A stretch of DNA of 64,000 nucleotides from positions 15,449 to 79,448 of the forward strand of contig CAWGRF010000022.1 of the NCBI GenBank assembly GCA_963824935.1, read 5' to 3'. This stretch comes from an uncultured beta proteobacterium (GTDB lineage Bacteria > Pseudomonadota > Gammaproteobacteria > Burkholderiales > Burkholderiaceae_F). Both the position numbers and the translations under genes were made by a program. The notes under the pieces were generated by a model. The model did not search any database. It was not told where the DNA came from and saw nothing but the letters and a program-made list of their open reading frames with translations. Shown here one piece after another: positions 51,270 to 60,845 of the stretch (its first letter is position 1; every line of letters begins with the position of its first letter).

Positions 51270-52373
51270 ATGACTCAACTTAACTACAAGAACGCAGGCG
51301 TCGATTACGCGAAGATCGATCCGCTTAAGGTCCTCGCGCAGCGGGCAGCCGCCGAAACGGCGCGCAACCTCGCGCAGCACGGACTAGCCGAGGTAGCCGC
51401 ATCGCGCGGCGAGTCGGCCTACGTCGTCGACTGCGGCGACTTCTATCTCGCGTCGATCACCGAATGTCTCGGCACCAAGGCGCTGGTGGCCGACGCGATG
51501 CGCGCCATCAGCGGCCGCACTTACTACGATCAGATCGCGCAAGACACGCTCGCGATGGCGCTCAACGACATCATCACCGTTGGCGCCACTCCGGTGTCGG
51601 TGCACGCCTACTGGGCCACCGGAGGCAGCGATTGGTTCGCCGATGAAGCGCGGGCGCGCGATCTGGTCGATGGCTGGAAGCGCGCGTGCGATCGCTGCCG
51701 GGTGTCCTGGGGCGGCGGCGAAACGCCGGCGCTGTCCGGCGTGGTCGAGCCCGGCCGCATCGATCTGGCGGCGTCATGCGTCGGCATCGTGCGACCGAAG
51801 TCGCGACTAGCACTGGGCGAAAAGCTAGCGGCGGGCGACGCGATCGTGCTGCTCGAATCCAGCGGCATTCACGCGAACGGAATCTCGCTCGCACGCAAAC
51901 TGGCGGAGCGATTGCCGGACGGCTACGCGACGCGACTCGATGACGGCACCCTGTTCGGCGATGCGCTGCTGACGCCGACGCTGCTGTATTCGCCGGTCAC
52001 CGAAGCGCTCGCGGCAGCCGGTATCGCTCCGCATTACTGCGTCAACATCACCGGACATGGGTGGCGCAAGCTGATGCGACATCCGGCTGCGTTTACTTAC
52101 CGGATTGATACGCTACCGCCGGTGCCGCCGGTGCTGAAATTCATCCAGCAGCAAGCCGCGATCGACGATCGCGAGGCCTATGGCAACCTGAACATGGGCG
52201 CCGGCTTCGCGCTGTTCGTTGCAAGCGCAGACGCCGAACGGACCGCCGAGGTCGCGCGCAGTGCCGGAGTCGGCGCACTGATTGCGGGTCGCGTCGACAA
52301 CGGTTCCAAGCGGATCGTCATCGAGCCGTTGCAGCTCAGCTTTGCCGCCGACGACCTGCACGTCCGTGCTTAG
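51270..52373 (+). CDS. AIR synthase-related (PurM-superfamily) protein, non-canonical
   Basis: ATG 51270, 367 aa. PurM-fold blocks are present: YKNAGVD, ITECLGTK, DIITVGATP, WGGGETP, LLESSGIHANG, NITGHGW, NMGAGF. It does not read like the canonical proteobacterial PurM, which has SGTDGVGTKL and GGETAEMP. Confidence 0.7.
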   Translation: MTQLNYKNAGVDYAKIDPLKVLAQRAAAETARNLAQHGLAEVAASRGESAYVVDCGDFYLASITECLGTKALVADAMRAISGRTYYDQIAQDTLAMALNDIITVGATPVSVHAYWATGGSDWFADEARARDLVDGWKRACDRCRVSWGGGETPALSGVVEPGRIDLAASCVGIVRPKSRLALGEKLAAGDAIVLLESSGIHANGISLARKLAERLPDGYATRLDDGTLFGDALLTPTLLYSPVTEALAAAGIAPHYCVNITGHGWRKLMRHPAAFTYRIDTLPPVPPVLKFIQQQAAIDDREAYGNLNMGAGFALFVASADAERTAEVARSAGVGALIAGRVDNGSKRIVIEPLQLSFAADDLHVRA

Positions 52374-52480
52374 CGCCGGGCTCGCATGGTCGAGTTACTC
52401 CTCGCGGGTCTCGCCGCTCGCTTGACAGTGGCGCACTGTCGATCGCCGCGCGCGTCGTGTACTTCCACCGCCGCGGATTG

Positions 52481-53428
52481 TTATCGTCGGCTGCGAGGAA
52501 AGAGCTGCTGCGCCGTTAGCCAGGAGACCACGTCCGCAAATGCTGTGGTTGACAACGGCTCGACCACTTTCGCGTCTGACATCGACCGCAGCCAGGTCAA
52601 CTGCCGCTTCGCCAGTTGACGCGTGGCCGCAATTCCAGCCGATCGAAACTCTTCGAACGTGCATGCCCCTTCGATGAAGCGCCAGGCCTGCCGATAGCCG
52701 ACGCTGCGCATCGAGGGCAGGTCGGGATCGAGATCGCGGCGCCGGTGCAGCGCACGGACTTCGTCGATGAAGCCGGCATCGAGCATCGCGTCGAAGCGGC
52801 GTGCGATGCGCCGGTGCAGCTCAGCGCGATCCTCGGGCAGCAGCGCGATCGTCGACAGCGAGACCGACGGCGTCTTGCCGGCGCCAATCAGCGCAGACAT
52901 GGGCCTGCCGGTGCTTTCGTAGATCTCCAGCGCGCGCTGAATGCGCTGGCTGTCGTTCGGTTTGAGCCGCGCCGCCGTCAACGGGTCCACCTGCGAGAGT
53001 CGCGCATGTAGCGCAGGCCAGCCGTGCTCTTCGGCATTCGCCTCGATTCGCAGTCGCACTTTCGGGTCGGCCGACGGAAGGTCGGACAGGCCCTCGCTCA
53101 GCGCTTTCGCGTACAGCATCGTTCCGCCGACCAACAGCGGCAGCTTGCCTCGCGCGCGAATCTGGCTGATCGCAATCGTCGCATCGCGCACGAACTCGGC
53201 AGCGGAATAGGGCTCGCTCGGATCACGGATGTCGATCAGGTGATGCGGAACCTGTGTGCGCTCGGCGGCACTCGGCTTGGCGGTGCCGACGTCCATGCCG
53301 CGATAGACCTGCGCCGAATCGACCGACACGATCTCGAGCGGAATCTCCGCTGCGAGTTGCATTGCGAGCGCGCTCTTGCCGCTTGCGGTCGGACCGAGCA
53401 GCAGTACCGCATCGACTCCATCAGCCAT
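52481..53428 (-). CDS. miaA: tRNA dimethylallyltransferase
   Basis: 315 aa with [28 protein letters not shown] and GGTMLY. Confidence 0.95.
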   Translation of the reverse strand: MADGVDAVLLLGPTASGKSALAMQLAAEIPLEIVSVDSAQVYRGMDVGTAKPSAAERTQVPHHLIDIRDPSEPYSAAEFVRDATIAISQIRARGKLPLLVGGTMLYAKALSEGLSDLPSADPKVRLRIEANAEEHGWPALHARLSQVDPLTAARLKPNDSQRIQRALEIYESTGRPMSALIGAGKTPSVSLSTIALLPEDRAELHRRIARRFDAMLDAGFIDEVRALHRRRDLDPDLPSMRSVGYRQAWRFIEGACTFEEFRSAGIAATRQLAKRQLTWLRSMSDAKVVEPLSTTAFADVVSWLTAQQLFPRSRR

Positions 53429-54674
53429 GGGCCGCGATATCGCCGTCCCTGCGCACCAGCGTAAACGCGATTGCCGCGGTTGCGAGTCCGCATGCGCAGA
53501 TTGTCAATGTCAGTGGATACACGGTGCCGTTGTAACTCGCGCCGATCCAGATACCGATGCACGTGGCGACCACCATCATTGTGAAACCCAGCAGCGCGGC
53601 GGCCGCGCCGGCTGCGTGGGGAAACGGCGCAATGGCGCCTGATTGCACCGGCGGCTGTATCAGACCGTGCGAGAAGCCGACAAAGAACATCGGCGCGGCG
53701 ATCGCCATCGGCTGATGAATTCCGCCTAGTGCCAGCGCTGCCATCGTTGTGCCGGCAGCGGTTTGGATCGATGCACCTACGCAGACGGTGCGTTGAATCC
53801 CGTAAATGACCAACAACCGGCGGCAGATCACGGTGCCGATCAGATAGCCGATGACCATGGCAGCGAATGTCAACGCGAAACGTGTCGGCGTCTGCCCCAG
53901 AATGTTGATCAGGACAAACGATGAACCTGAGAGGAATGCGAACAAGCTGGCGTACGTTGCCGCGGCCGACAGCGCGTATGCACGAAACGGAGGCGAGCGG
54001 ACAACATCGGCGTAGATGCGCAGCATCGGGGCGAACTTCAGCGCATGCGGATTGCGGCGCGTATTGGTTTCTCTCAGCTTGAAGGCGGCAAAACAAGCAA
54101 GCATCAAAGAGAAGCCCGCCATCAGCGCAAACGATGAGCGCCAGCCGAACTGCGCATACAAGATCGCACCGACTAACGGTCCGATCAACGGCGCGAGGCT
54201 CATGATCGTTGCGGCATTCGCAATCATCCGTGCACCTTCGGCCGGCGTGTACAAATCGCGTACGAATCCCCGTGCACCGACCAGGCATGTGCAAGCGCCG
54301 ATTGCCTGCAACACGCGGCTGGCAACCAGTACTTCGAGCGAAGGCGCGATCATCGCGAGCACACTTGCTGCGAGATAAGTCAATGCACCGGCGACGACGA
54401 TCGGATAGCGGCCGAATCGATCCGATAACGGCCCCGCGATCAACTGCCAGATGCCGAACGCCGCGATGAACATCCACAGCGTCGACTGCACCGAGGCAAC
54501 GCTCGCGCTGAAGTAATCTGCAATACCGGGCAACGTCGACAAATACAGATCGGTCGACAGCGGCTGCAGCATCGATAGGCCCGCGGTCAGCCACAGAATT
54601 GCGGTCGAAGTCAGTCCAGCGGCGGCGAGTCGCGCGCTCGACGCGCTGCTCACCTCCGACGCAACACCGCTCAT
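53421..54674 (-). CDS. MFS transporter (Bcr/CflA drug-resistance subfamily-like)
   Basis: 417 aa, about 12 TM segments, motif [12 protein letters not shown]. Its ATG overlaps the mutL stop (ATGA), and its stop overlaps the miaA start by 8 nt. Confidence 0.85.
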   Translation of the reverse strand: MSGVASEVSSASSARLAAAGLTSTAILWLTAGLSMLQPLSTDLYLSTLPGIADYFSASVASVQSTLWMFIAAFGIWQLIAGPLSDRFGRYPIVVAGALTYLAASVLAMIAPSLEVLVASRVLQAIGACTCLVGARGFVRDLYTPAEGARMIANAATIMSLAPLIGPLVGAILYAQFGWRSSFALMAGFSLMLACFAAFKLRETNTRRNPHALKFAPMLRIYADVVRSPPFRAYALSAAATYASLFAFLSGSSFVLINILGQTPTRFALTFAAMVIGYLIGTVICRRLLVIYGIQRTVCVGASIQTAAGTTMAALALGGIHQPMAIAAPMFFVGFSHGLIQPPVQSGAIAPFPHAAGAAAALLGFTMMVVATCIGIWIGASYNGTVYPLTLTICACGLATAAIAFTLVRRDGDIAAHG

Positions 54675-56419
54675 CGGCCGCGCAAAAATAGCTTATCGAG
54701 ATCGCCTACCGCGAGCTGAATCCAGGTGGGTCGCCCATGATTGCACTGATCGGCGCGCTCGGTCGCTTCCATCTCGCGCAGCAGCGCGTTCATTTCGTCA
54801 ATCGTTAATCTGCGGTTCGCGCGGACCGCCCCGTGGCACGCCAAGGTCGAGAGCAATTCGTTCCGGTGCTCGGTCAGCACGCGCGAGCCGCCGTATTCGC
54901 GCACGTCGCGCAGCACGTCGCGCGTCAGCTGTGCGCCGTCGGCTTGCGAGAGCAGGGCGGGCACGCCGCGCAGCGCAAGCTGGGTCGGGGAAGCCAGCGA
55001 AACGTCGAGCCCGAGTTGTGCCAGCAGCTCGCCTTGCTCCGTTGCGGTCGCGATCTCGACGGCAGCTGCAGAAAACACCTGCGGAATCAACAGCCGCTGC
55101 TGCGGAATCTCGCGCCGGTCAAGCTGCCGCTTCAGTTTCTCGTAGACGATTCGCTCGTGCGCGGCATGCATGTCGACGATGACCAGCCCGCGATCGTTCT
55201 GCGCCAGTATGTAGATGCCGGAGAGCTGTGCGACGGCAAAGCCGAGCGGCAGATCTTGTTGTTCATCGCTGGCGTTCTTCGCCAACGCGATCGGTCCTTC
55301 GGCCACGTCTTGGGCCAATGAGGCCAGATAATCCGCCACGCTTTGCGCAACTCCGAACGACGTCTGATGCAGCGGCGTCGTGCGATACGCGAGATCGGGC
55401 GCGGGGCGCGGCGACGCGGCCGGTTGCACCGAGTGCGCAAGCGCAGCCTGCACCGCATGCATCACGAACTGATGAATGCTCGACGAATCGCGAAACCTGA
55501 CCTCGATCTTGGTCGGATGCACGTTGACATCGACGCGCTTCGGATCGATCGACAGGTACAGGCAGTACATCGGCTGCGATGCGCCGTGCAGGACGTCGGC
55601 ATAGGCAGCGCGTACCGCGTGCGTCAACACCTTGTCGCGCACGTAGCGGCCATTGACGAAAAAATACTGCGCATCAGCACGCGCGCGACTGGCGGTCGGT
55701 GCCCCGACCCAGCCGTACACGCGAACTGCGCCGGCATCCTGCTCGACCTCGCGCCGGGCGGCCGCGAACTCTTCGGGCATCAAGCGCAGTGCGCGCTCTC
55801 GCGGCGCCTGCGGCGGCAACGCGAGCACGGTACGTCCCTGATGCGTCACGGTAAATGCCACCGATGAATGCGCGGCGGCTGCACGTTCGACCTGGGTCAG
55901 GCAGTGCGCCAGCTCGGTTGCCTCTGATCGCAGAAACTTTCGGCGTGCGGGCGTCTTGTGAAACAAATCCGCGACCTCGATGCGAGTGCCGATCATGCCA
56001 GCGGCCGGCTCGGTTCCATCAACCCCGCCACGCACGCAGAACGCACCGTCGGCGCCGGCGACTTTCGACGTAATCGCAACGTCAGCGACCGAAGCGATCG
56101 ACGCCAGCGCTTCGCCGCGAAATCCGAGCGACTCCACACCCTCGAGTTCTTCGAGGCTCGCGATCTTGCTGGTCGCATGCCGCGTCAACGCGAGCGGCAA
56201 CTCGTCGCGTGGAATGCCGCCGCCGTTATCGGTGACGACGATGCGCTTGATTCCGCCGCCGTCGAGCCTGACATCGATCTGCGTTGCGCCCGCGTCGAGA
56301 CTGTTTTCGAGCAACTCCTTGACGACCGATGCCGGACGCTCGACGACTTCGCCCGCGGCGATCTGGCTGATCAGTGCGTCCGCCAAAGGCCGGATTGCGC
56401 GACGAAGGGTGGCAGTCAT
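54671..56419 (-). CDS. mutL: DNA mismatch repair endonuclease MutL
   Basis: ATG 56419, 582 aa. It has the GHKL ATPase sequence IAAGEVVERPASVVKELLENSLDAGA, GFRGEAL and a C-terminal dimerisation/endonuclease region. Confidence 0.95.
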   Translation of the reverse strand: MTATLRRAIRPLADALISQIAAGEVVERPASVVKELLENSLDAGATQIDVRLDGGGIKRIVVTDNGGGIPRDELPLALTRHATSKIASLEELEGVESLGFRGEALASIASVADVAITSKVAGADGAFCVRGGVDGTEPAAGMIGTRIEVADLFHKTPARRKFLRSEATELAHCLTQVERAAAAHSSVAFTVTHQGRTVLALPPQAPRERALRLMPEEFAAARREVEQDAGAVRVYGWVGAPTASRARADAQYFFVNGRYVRDKVLTHAVRAAYADVLHGASQPMYCLYLSIDPKRVDVNVHPTKIEVRFRDSSSIHQFVMHAVQAALAHSVQPAASPRPAPDLAYRTTPLHQTSFGVAQSVADYLASLAQDVAEGPIALAKNASDEQQDLPLGFAVAQLSGIYILAQNDRGLVIVDMHAAHERIVYEKLKRQLDRREIPQQRLLIPQVFSAAAVEIATATEQGELLAQLGLDVSLASPTQLALRGVPALLSQADGAQLTRDVLRDVREYGGSRVLTEHRNELLSTLACHGAVRANRRLTIDEMNALLREMEATERADQCNHGRPTWIQLAVGDLDKLFLRGR

Positions 56420-56523
56420 GTCGCGATTATAGGAATGGCACGCGAGCGGTTGGCCGCTTTGCCTCACGTATGATCCGCGCTGCTTTGCTCCCCTCGCGCG
56501 TCAGCGCTACCTGTATTGCTCCG

Positions 56524-57198
56524 ATGGAAGGCATTAACTGGTTCGACCTGTTCACGGCGACCGATCGCTTTCTCTCGGCGATTGTCGAACGCAACACCTT
56601 GCTCGTCTACGTCGTGCTGTTCTCGATTTTCTTTTCCGAGACCGGGCTGGTGTTCATGGCGTTCCTGCCTGGCGATTCGCTGCTGTTCGTCGCTGGTGCG
56701 GTTTCAGCGCTGCCGTCGGTGGAGGACAAGGGGCTCAACGTTCACTTGCTCGTGCTCATCATCGCGACGGGTGCGGTGCTCGGCAATACGCTCAATTACT
56801 TTATCGGTGCGTGGCTTGGCAAGAAGGTCTACGACGGCACGATCGGCTGGATCGACCAGACCGCGCTGATGAAGACGCACGACTTTTACGAGCGGCACGG
56901 TGGCAAGACGGTGATGATTTCTCGCTTTATTCCGGTCGTGCGTTCGTTCGCGCCGCTGGTCGCCGGCGCTTCGGGCATGGACTTCCGAAGATTTCAGTTC
57001 TTCAACGTGCTTGGCGCCGGTGTGTGGGTCGTGTCGCTCGTCTACGGCGGCTATCTGTTCGGCAACATGCCCGTTGTTCGCGAGCACCTTGGCTTGATCC
57101 TGATCGTCGGCATAGCGGCAGTGACTGGGCCGTTGATGCTGGCGGGACTGCTGCGCGTACTGCGCCGCCGTCGGCCGATGCGCGTCGGAAACCGATAA
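56524..57198 (+). CDS. DedA family membrane protein
   Basis: ATG 56524, 224 aa, with FLPGDSLLFVAG and ISRFIPVVRSFAPLVAG. Confidence 0.85.
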   Translation: MEGINWFDLFTATDRFLSAIVERNTLLVYVVLFSIFFSETGLVFMAFLPGDSLLFVAGAVSALPSVEDKGLNVHLLVLIIATGAVLGNTLNYFIGAWLGKKVYDGTIGWIDQTALMKTHDFYERHGGKTVMISRFIPVVRSFAPLVAGASGMDFRRFQFFNVLGAGVWVVSLVYGGYLFGNMPVVREHLGLILIVGIAAVTGPLMLAGLLRVLRRRRPMRVGNR

Positions 57199-57244
57199 CA
57201 GCCGCCGTAGCCCGCGGCGTGCACGGGTCGACACTCTGCGCACG

Positions 57245-58543
57245 CTACGTCAGTGGATTGCGCGCAAGCGGTGGGTTCTTCGCAAAGTAACGCTTGATAC
57301 CGGCCAGAATCGCGCGCGCCATTTGGTCCTGGTATCCATCGTCGCGCAGCCGTTTCTCCTCGTCCGGATTGCTGATGAACGCCGTCTCGACCAGGATCGA
57401 CGGGATATCCGGGGCCTTTAGTACTGCGAATCCTGCCTGCTCAACCTTCGGCTTGTGTAGCTGATTGATGCGCTCGAGCTCGCGCAGCACCGCGCCGCCG
57501 AGCTTCAGGCTGTCGTTGATCTGCGCCGTGGTCGACAGATCGAGCAACACGCGTTGCAGTTGACGATCGTGCGTGGCGAGGTTGATGCCGCCGACGCGAT
57601 CGGCGCTGTTTTCTTTGTTGGCCATATAGGCCGCCGCGCTGCTCGATGCTCCGTTTTCGGACAGCGCAAATACCGATGAGCCGCGTGCATCGGGCCTGAT
57701 CCACGCATCGGCGTGGATCGAGACGAATAAATCGGCGTGCACCGCGCGCGCCTTTGCGACTCGCGTGCGCAACGGCACGAAGTAATCGCCGTCACGCGTC
57801 ATCGCGACTCGCATTTGTGGATCGGCCGCGATCATTTCGCGCAGGCGGTGACCGATTTCGAGTGTGACGGTCTTTTCATACGTCCCGCCGCGGCCGATGG
57901 CACCGGGGTCTTCGCCGCCATGGCCCGGGTCGATCGCCACCGTGATGATTCGCTGCACGTCGGGCGGTGCGGGATGCGTGCTCGGGCGCTGAGCGGTCGC
58001 GGGGGATTTGCCGTCCGATCGTGCCGACGAATCGGCCTCGCGCCGCTTTGCGTGTTCGCGCAGTAACGCCAGCAAAGGGTCGGGCGGGTTGACCGGATAC
58101 AAATCCATGACGAGTCGATGCTGATACGGCCCGACCGGTTCGAGCGAAAACACCTGCGGCTTGATGTCTTCCTTCAACTCGATCACGAGCCGCGCGACCC
58201 GCGGGCGATTCTGGCCGACGCGCACCAAAGCGATGTACGGATCGTTTGCTTCGACCTTGCCGACCAGTTCCTTCAAGGTGGGCGTCAGGTCGAGGCCGTC
58301 GATGTCGACCACCAGCCGCAGCGGATGCGCCGGATCGCGCACCATGAAGTGCGAGAAGGAGAGCGGACCGTCGTGCTCGAGCGTTACGCGCGTGTACTCC
58401 TCTGCGGGCCATACGCGCACTGCGAGCAGTGTCGCGCCGCGCGCAATTTCGTGATGGGTCAGCGCGAGGACGAGGGTGCCTGCGCTGGCGGTGATGAACC
58501 GCCGTCGGTCGCTGGGATTCTCGCCATCGCGTCGCTCAGACAT
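57245..58543 (-). CDS. amiC: N-acetylmuramoyl-L-alanine amidase (AmiC-type, Tat-exported)
   Basis: ATG 58543, 432 aa. It has the twin-arginine signal SDRRRFITASAG, an AMIN domain and an Amidase_3 domain (VAIDPGHGGEDPGA, SIHAD, ETAFISN). The 5' end overlaps tsaE by 85 nt. Confidence 0.9.
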   Translation of the reverse strand: MSERRDGENPSDRRRFITASAGTLVLALTHHEIARGATLLAVRVWPAEEYTRVTLEHDGPLSFSHFMVRDPAHPLRLVVDIDGLDLTPTLKELVGKVEANDPYIALVRVGQNRPRVARLVIELKEDIKPQVFSLEPVGPYQHRLVMDLYPVNPPDPLLALLREHAKRREADSSARSDGKSPATAQRPSTHPAPPDVQRIITVAIDPGHGGEDPGAIGRGGTYEKTVTLEIGHRLREMIAADPQMRVAMTRDGDYFVPLRTRVAKARAVHADLFVSIHADAWIRPDARGSSVFALSENGASSSAAAYMANKENSADRVGGINLATHDRQLQRVLLDLSTTAQINDSLKLGGAVLRELERINQLHKPKVEQAGFAVLKAPDIPSILVETAFISNPDEEKRLRDDGYQDQMARAILAGIKRYFAKNPPLARNPLT

Positions 58544-59001
58544 ACGTTGCCCAATTCGCTTCCAGTAGTGATCGTCGCCCGCCGTCCATCGCCGTCCACC
58601 GTCAACGCGATCGAGATATCGGCGGTTGGCAGCCGTGCTCCGGCGCGCTCCGGCCACTCGACGGCGCAGATGCGGCCGGGTCCAAACAAGTCCCGAAAGC
58701 CCAAGCTTGCGAACTCGCCAGGATCCCTAAGTCGATAAAAATCAAAGTGGTAGAAGTCTAAGCTCGAAACCGCATAAGGTTCAAGCAGGGCAAACGTGGG
58801 GCTTTTGACCGTGCCCTCGACGCCCAGCCCGCGCAGCAGGGCTCGCACCAGCGCAGTCTTGCCCGCGCCTAGGTCGCCGGAAAGATCGAGTTGGAGCCCC
58901 GCCGCGCGTATGGCGTTTAGATGTTGCTTCACCGCGTCGGCCATCGAACGCCCGAGGGCATCGGTGGCCGCCGCGTTCTGAAGCATGAAGGAAACGGGCA
59001 C
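58459..59001 (-). CDS. tsaE: tRNA threonylcarbamoyladenosine biosynthesis ATPase TsaE
   Basis: It has GDLGAGKT, SPTFAL and HFDFYRL. The start is GTG 59001 or ATG 58986. Confidence 0.85.
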   Translation of the reverse strand: MPVSFMLQNAAATDALGRSMADAVKQHLNAIRAAGLQLDLSGDLGAGKTALVRALLRGLGVEGTVKSPTFALLEPYAVSSLDFYHFDFYRLRDPGEFASLGFRDLFGPGRICAVEWPERAGARLPTADISIALTVDGDGRRATITTGSELGNVCLSDAMARIPATDGGSSPPAQAPSSSR

Positions 59002-59217
59002 GTGGGTTTATCTGATCGGCAGTGACTGCGTTGATGCTAAAACATCGTCGAGCACCTCGTACGCACGGCTGTCAAGTCCAGTCGCGTCCGCGCGTTCGAC
59101 AGAGATACCTAGAATCGATCAAATGACAAGCACCGTTGTCGCTGCGCCGACACAGCCCGCGCAGATGCGCACGCTCTAACCACGCTTGCCGAACGCATTC
59201 GCGCGTGGGGTGCCGAG

Positions 59218-60234
59218 TTGGGTTTTGCGCGCATCGGTATCTCGGATGTGGATGTGCAGCAGGCTTCTGCGCGACTCGACGCGTGGTTGGCGGAGGGCAA
59301 GCATGGCGAAATGGAGTATCTGCAGCGTCACTCCGCGTTGCGTGCCGATCCTGCGCGCCTACTGCCGGGCGCGCTGCGCGTTATCGCGGCGCGCATGGAT
59401 TACTTGCCGCGCGATACCCCGGACGACTGGGTTCAGCGCGAATTCAACCGCGTGGCGGAACCGAACGTCGCGGTCGTGTCGATCTATGCGCGCGGCCGCG
59501 ACTACCACAAGATCATGCGCGAGCGCTTGCAGAAGCTGGCTTCGCGAATCGAAGCGGAAGTCGGCCGTATCGGCTATCGCGTCGCGACAGACTCGGCGCC
59601 GGTGCTCGAAGTCGAACTGGCGCGCAAAGCCGGAATAGGCTGGCGCGGCAAGCACACGTTGCTGCTGTCGCAGGATGCCGGCTCGATGTTCTTTCTCGGC
59701 GAAATCCTGACCGACCTGCCGCTACCGATCGACGCTCCGACGGGTGATCACTGCGGGACGTGCTCGCGCTGCATCGACATCTGCCCGACGCAGGCGATCA
59801 CTGCGCCGTATCAGCTCGATGCACGCCGCTGCATTTCGTATCTGACGATCGAACATCACGGATCGATTCCGATCGAGCTGCGCCCGCTGATCGGAAATCG
59901 AGTCTATGGATGCGACGACTGCCAGCTCGTATGCCCCTGGAACAAGTTCGCGCGCAAGGCCGAGTTGCCCGACTTCGATGTCCGCAACGGCCTCGATTGC
60001 GCGACGCTGATCGAGCTTTTTGCTTGGGATGAAGTGCAATTCAATGAGCGGCATGCCGGCTCCGCGATTCGGCGCATCGACTACGAACGATGGCTGCGCA
60101 ACATTGCAGTGGCGCTCGGCAATGCGCCGACATCGCCTGAAGTCCTCGCCGCATTGCGCACTCGAGCCGATCATCCGAGCGCGCTGGTGCGCGAGCATGT
60201 GGCATGGGCGCTGACGCGGCATGCGGCCAACTGA
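59218..60234 (+). CDS. queG: epoxyqueuosine reductase QueG (native 5' end frameshifted)
   Basis: 338-aa ORF from TTG 59218. It has GKHGEMEYL, two 4Fe-4S motifs (CGTCSRCIDICP, CDDCQLVCP) and C-terminal HEAT-like repeats. The upstream in-frame LTTLAERIRAWGAELGF has no start codon. The only ATG (59123, MTSTVVAAPTQPAQMRTL followed by a stop) is in another frame and joins at ~59175. The span 59123..60234 has length 3n+2. Confidence 0.9.
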   Translation: MGFARIGISDVDVQQASARLDAWLAEGKHGEMEYLQRHSALRADPARLLPGALRVIAARMDYLPRDTPDDWVQREFNRVAEPNVAVVSIYARGRDYHKIMRERLQKLASRIEAEVGRIGYRVATDSAPVLEVELARKAGIGWRGKHTLLLSQDAGSMFFLGEILTDLPLPIDAPTGDHCGTCSRCIDICPTQAITAPYQLDARRCISYLTIEHHGSIPIELRPLIGNRVYGCDDCQLVCPWNKFARKAELPDFDVRNGLDCATLIELFAWDEVQFNERHAGSAIRRIDYERWLRNIAVALGNAPTSPEVLAALRTRADHPSALVREHVAWALTRHAAN

Positions 60235-60312
60235 AGCTTCGCCTGACCTCGCCTTTATACTTCACAGTTCGCTTGCGAGGCGTTTTTGGTGTACGTGGCC
60301 GCGCGGAGCATC

Positions 60313-60388
60313 GCCGCTGTAGCTCAGTTGGTAGAGCAGCGCATTCGTAATGCGAAGGTCGGAGGTTCGACTCCTCTCAGCGGCACCA
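60313..60388 (+). tRNA. tRNA-Thr (anticodon CGU)
   Basis: GCCGCTGTAGCTCAGTTGGTAGAGCAGCGCATTCGTAATGCGAAGGTCGGAGGTTCGACTCCTCTCAGCGGCACCA. It folds as a cloverleaf with anticodon loop TTCGTAA, and is near-identical in its core to E. coli thrW as I recall it. Confidence 0.92.
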
Positions 60389-60422
60389 ACTTTGCGAGTT
60401 CACGCTCGCATGAAAGAAACGC

Positions 60423-60839
60423 ATGATCAGGCATCGTTTACTGGTGGCAATCGCAGCAGCGTTGTTTTCATGCGCTGCATTTGCACAGGACAAGGTTGTG
60501 TATCACTTCGGCGAGGGACTCGCACAAGCGACCAACGGCTTGCGCAACATTCGCAATCATCTTGAAGTCGATCCAAAGGCCAAAATCGTCGTCGTCGCGC
60601 ATGCGCAGGGCGTGGATTTCCTGATGCATGGCGCGCAGGACGCCAACAAGAATCCATATGACGCGATTGTCCAGGACCTGAAGGCGCAGGGCGTGACGTT
60701 CGAAGTCTGCAAGATCACGCTGCGCAATCGCAAGCTCGAGGAAAAGCAGTTCATTCCGGAAGTGACGTACACGCCTTCCGGCGTGCAGCGAATCACACAA
60801 CTGCAAAGCCGCGAGGGCTACGCGTACTTGAAGCCGTAG
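60423..60839 (+). CDS. DsrE/DsrF-like family protein with signal peptide
   Basis: 138 aa with MIRHRLLVAIAAALFSCAAFAQ. Overall COG1416-type pattern (VVYHF.., KIVVVAHAQGVDFL, FEVCKITL). Confidence 0.65.
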   Translation: MIRHRLLVAIAAALFSCAAFAQDKVVYHFGEGLAQATNGLRNIRNHLEVDPKAKIVVVAHAQGVDFLMHGAQDANKNPYDAIVQDLKAQGVTFEVCKITLRNRKLEEKQFIPEVTYTPSGVQRITQLQSREGYAYLKP

Positions 60840-60845
60840 TGTTGG

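Noticed and set aside
53236-54594. 452-aa minus-strand ORF
   Set aside because: It is an alternative frame of the MFS transporter and miaA 5' end. It is Arg/Cys-rich and has no transporter-like hydrophobicity.
58459-58543. 85-nt overlap between the tsaE 3' end and the amiC 5' end as a possible annotation error or frameshift
   Set aside because: The amiC start must lie upstream of its twin-arginine motif (SDRRRFITASAG), and the tsaE frame stays open to 58459. Both readings are continuous, so this is probably a genuine overlap or a slightly long tsaE tail, not a lesion.
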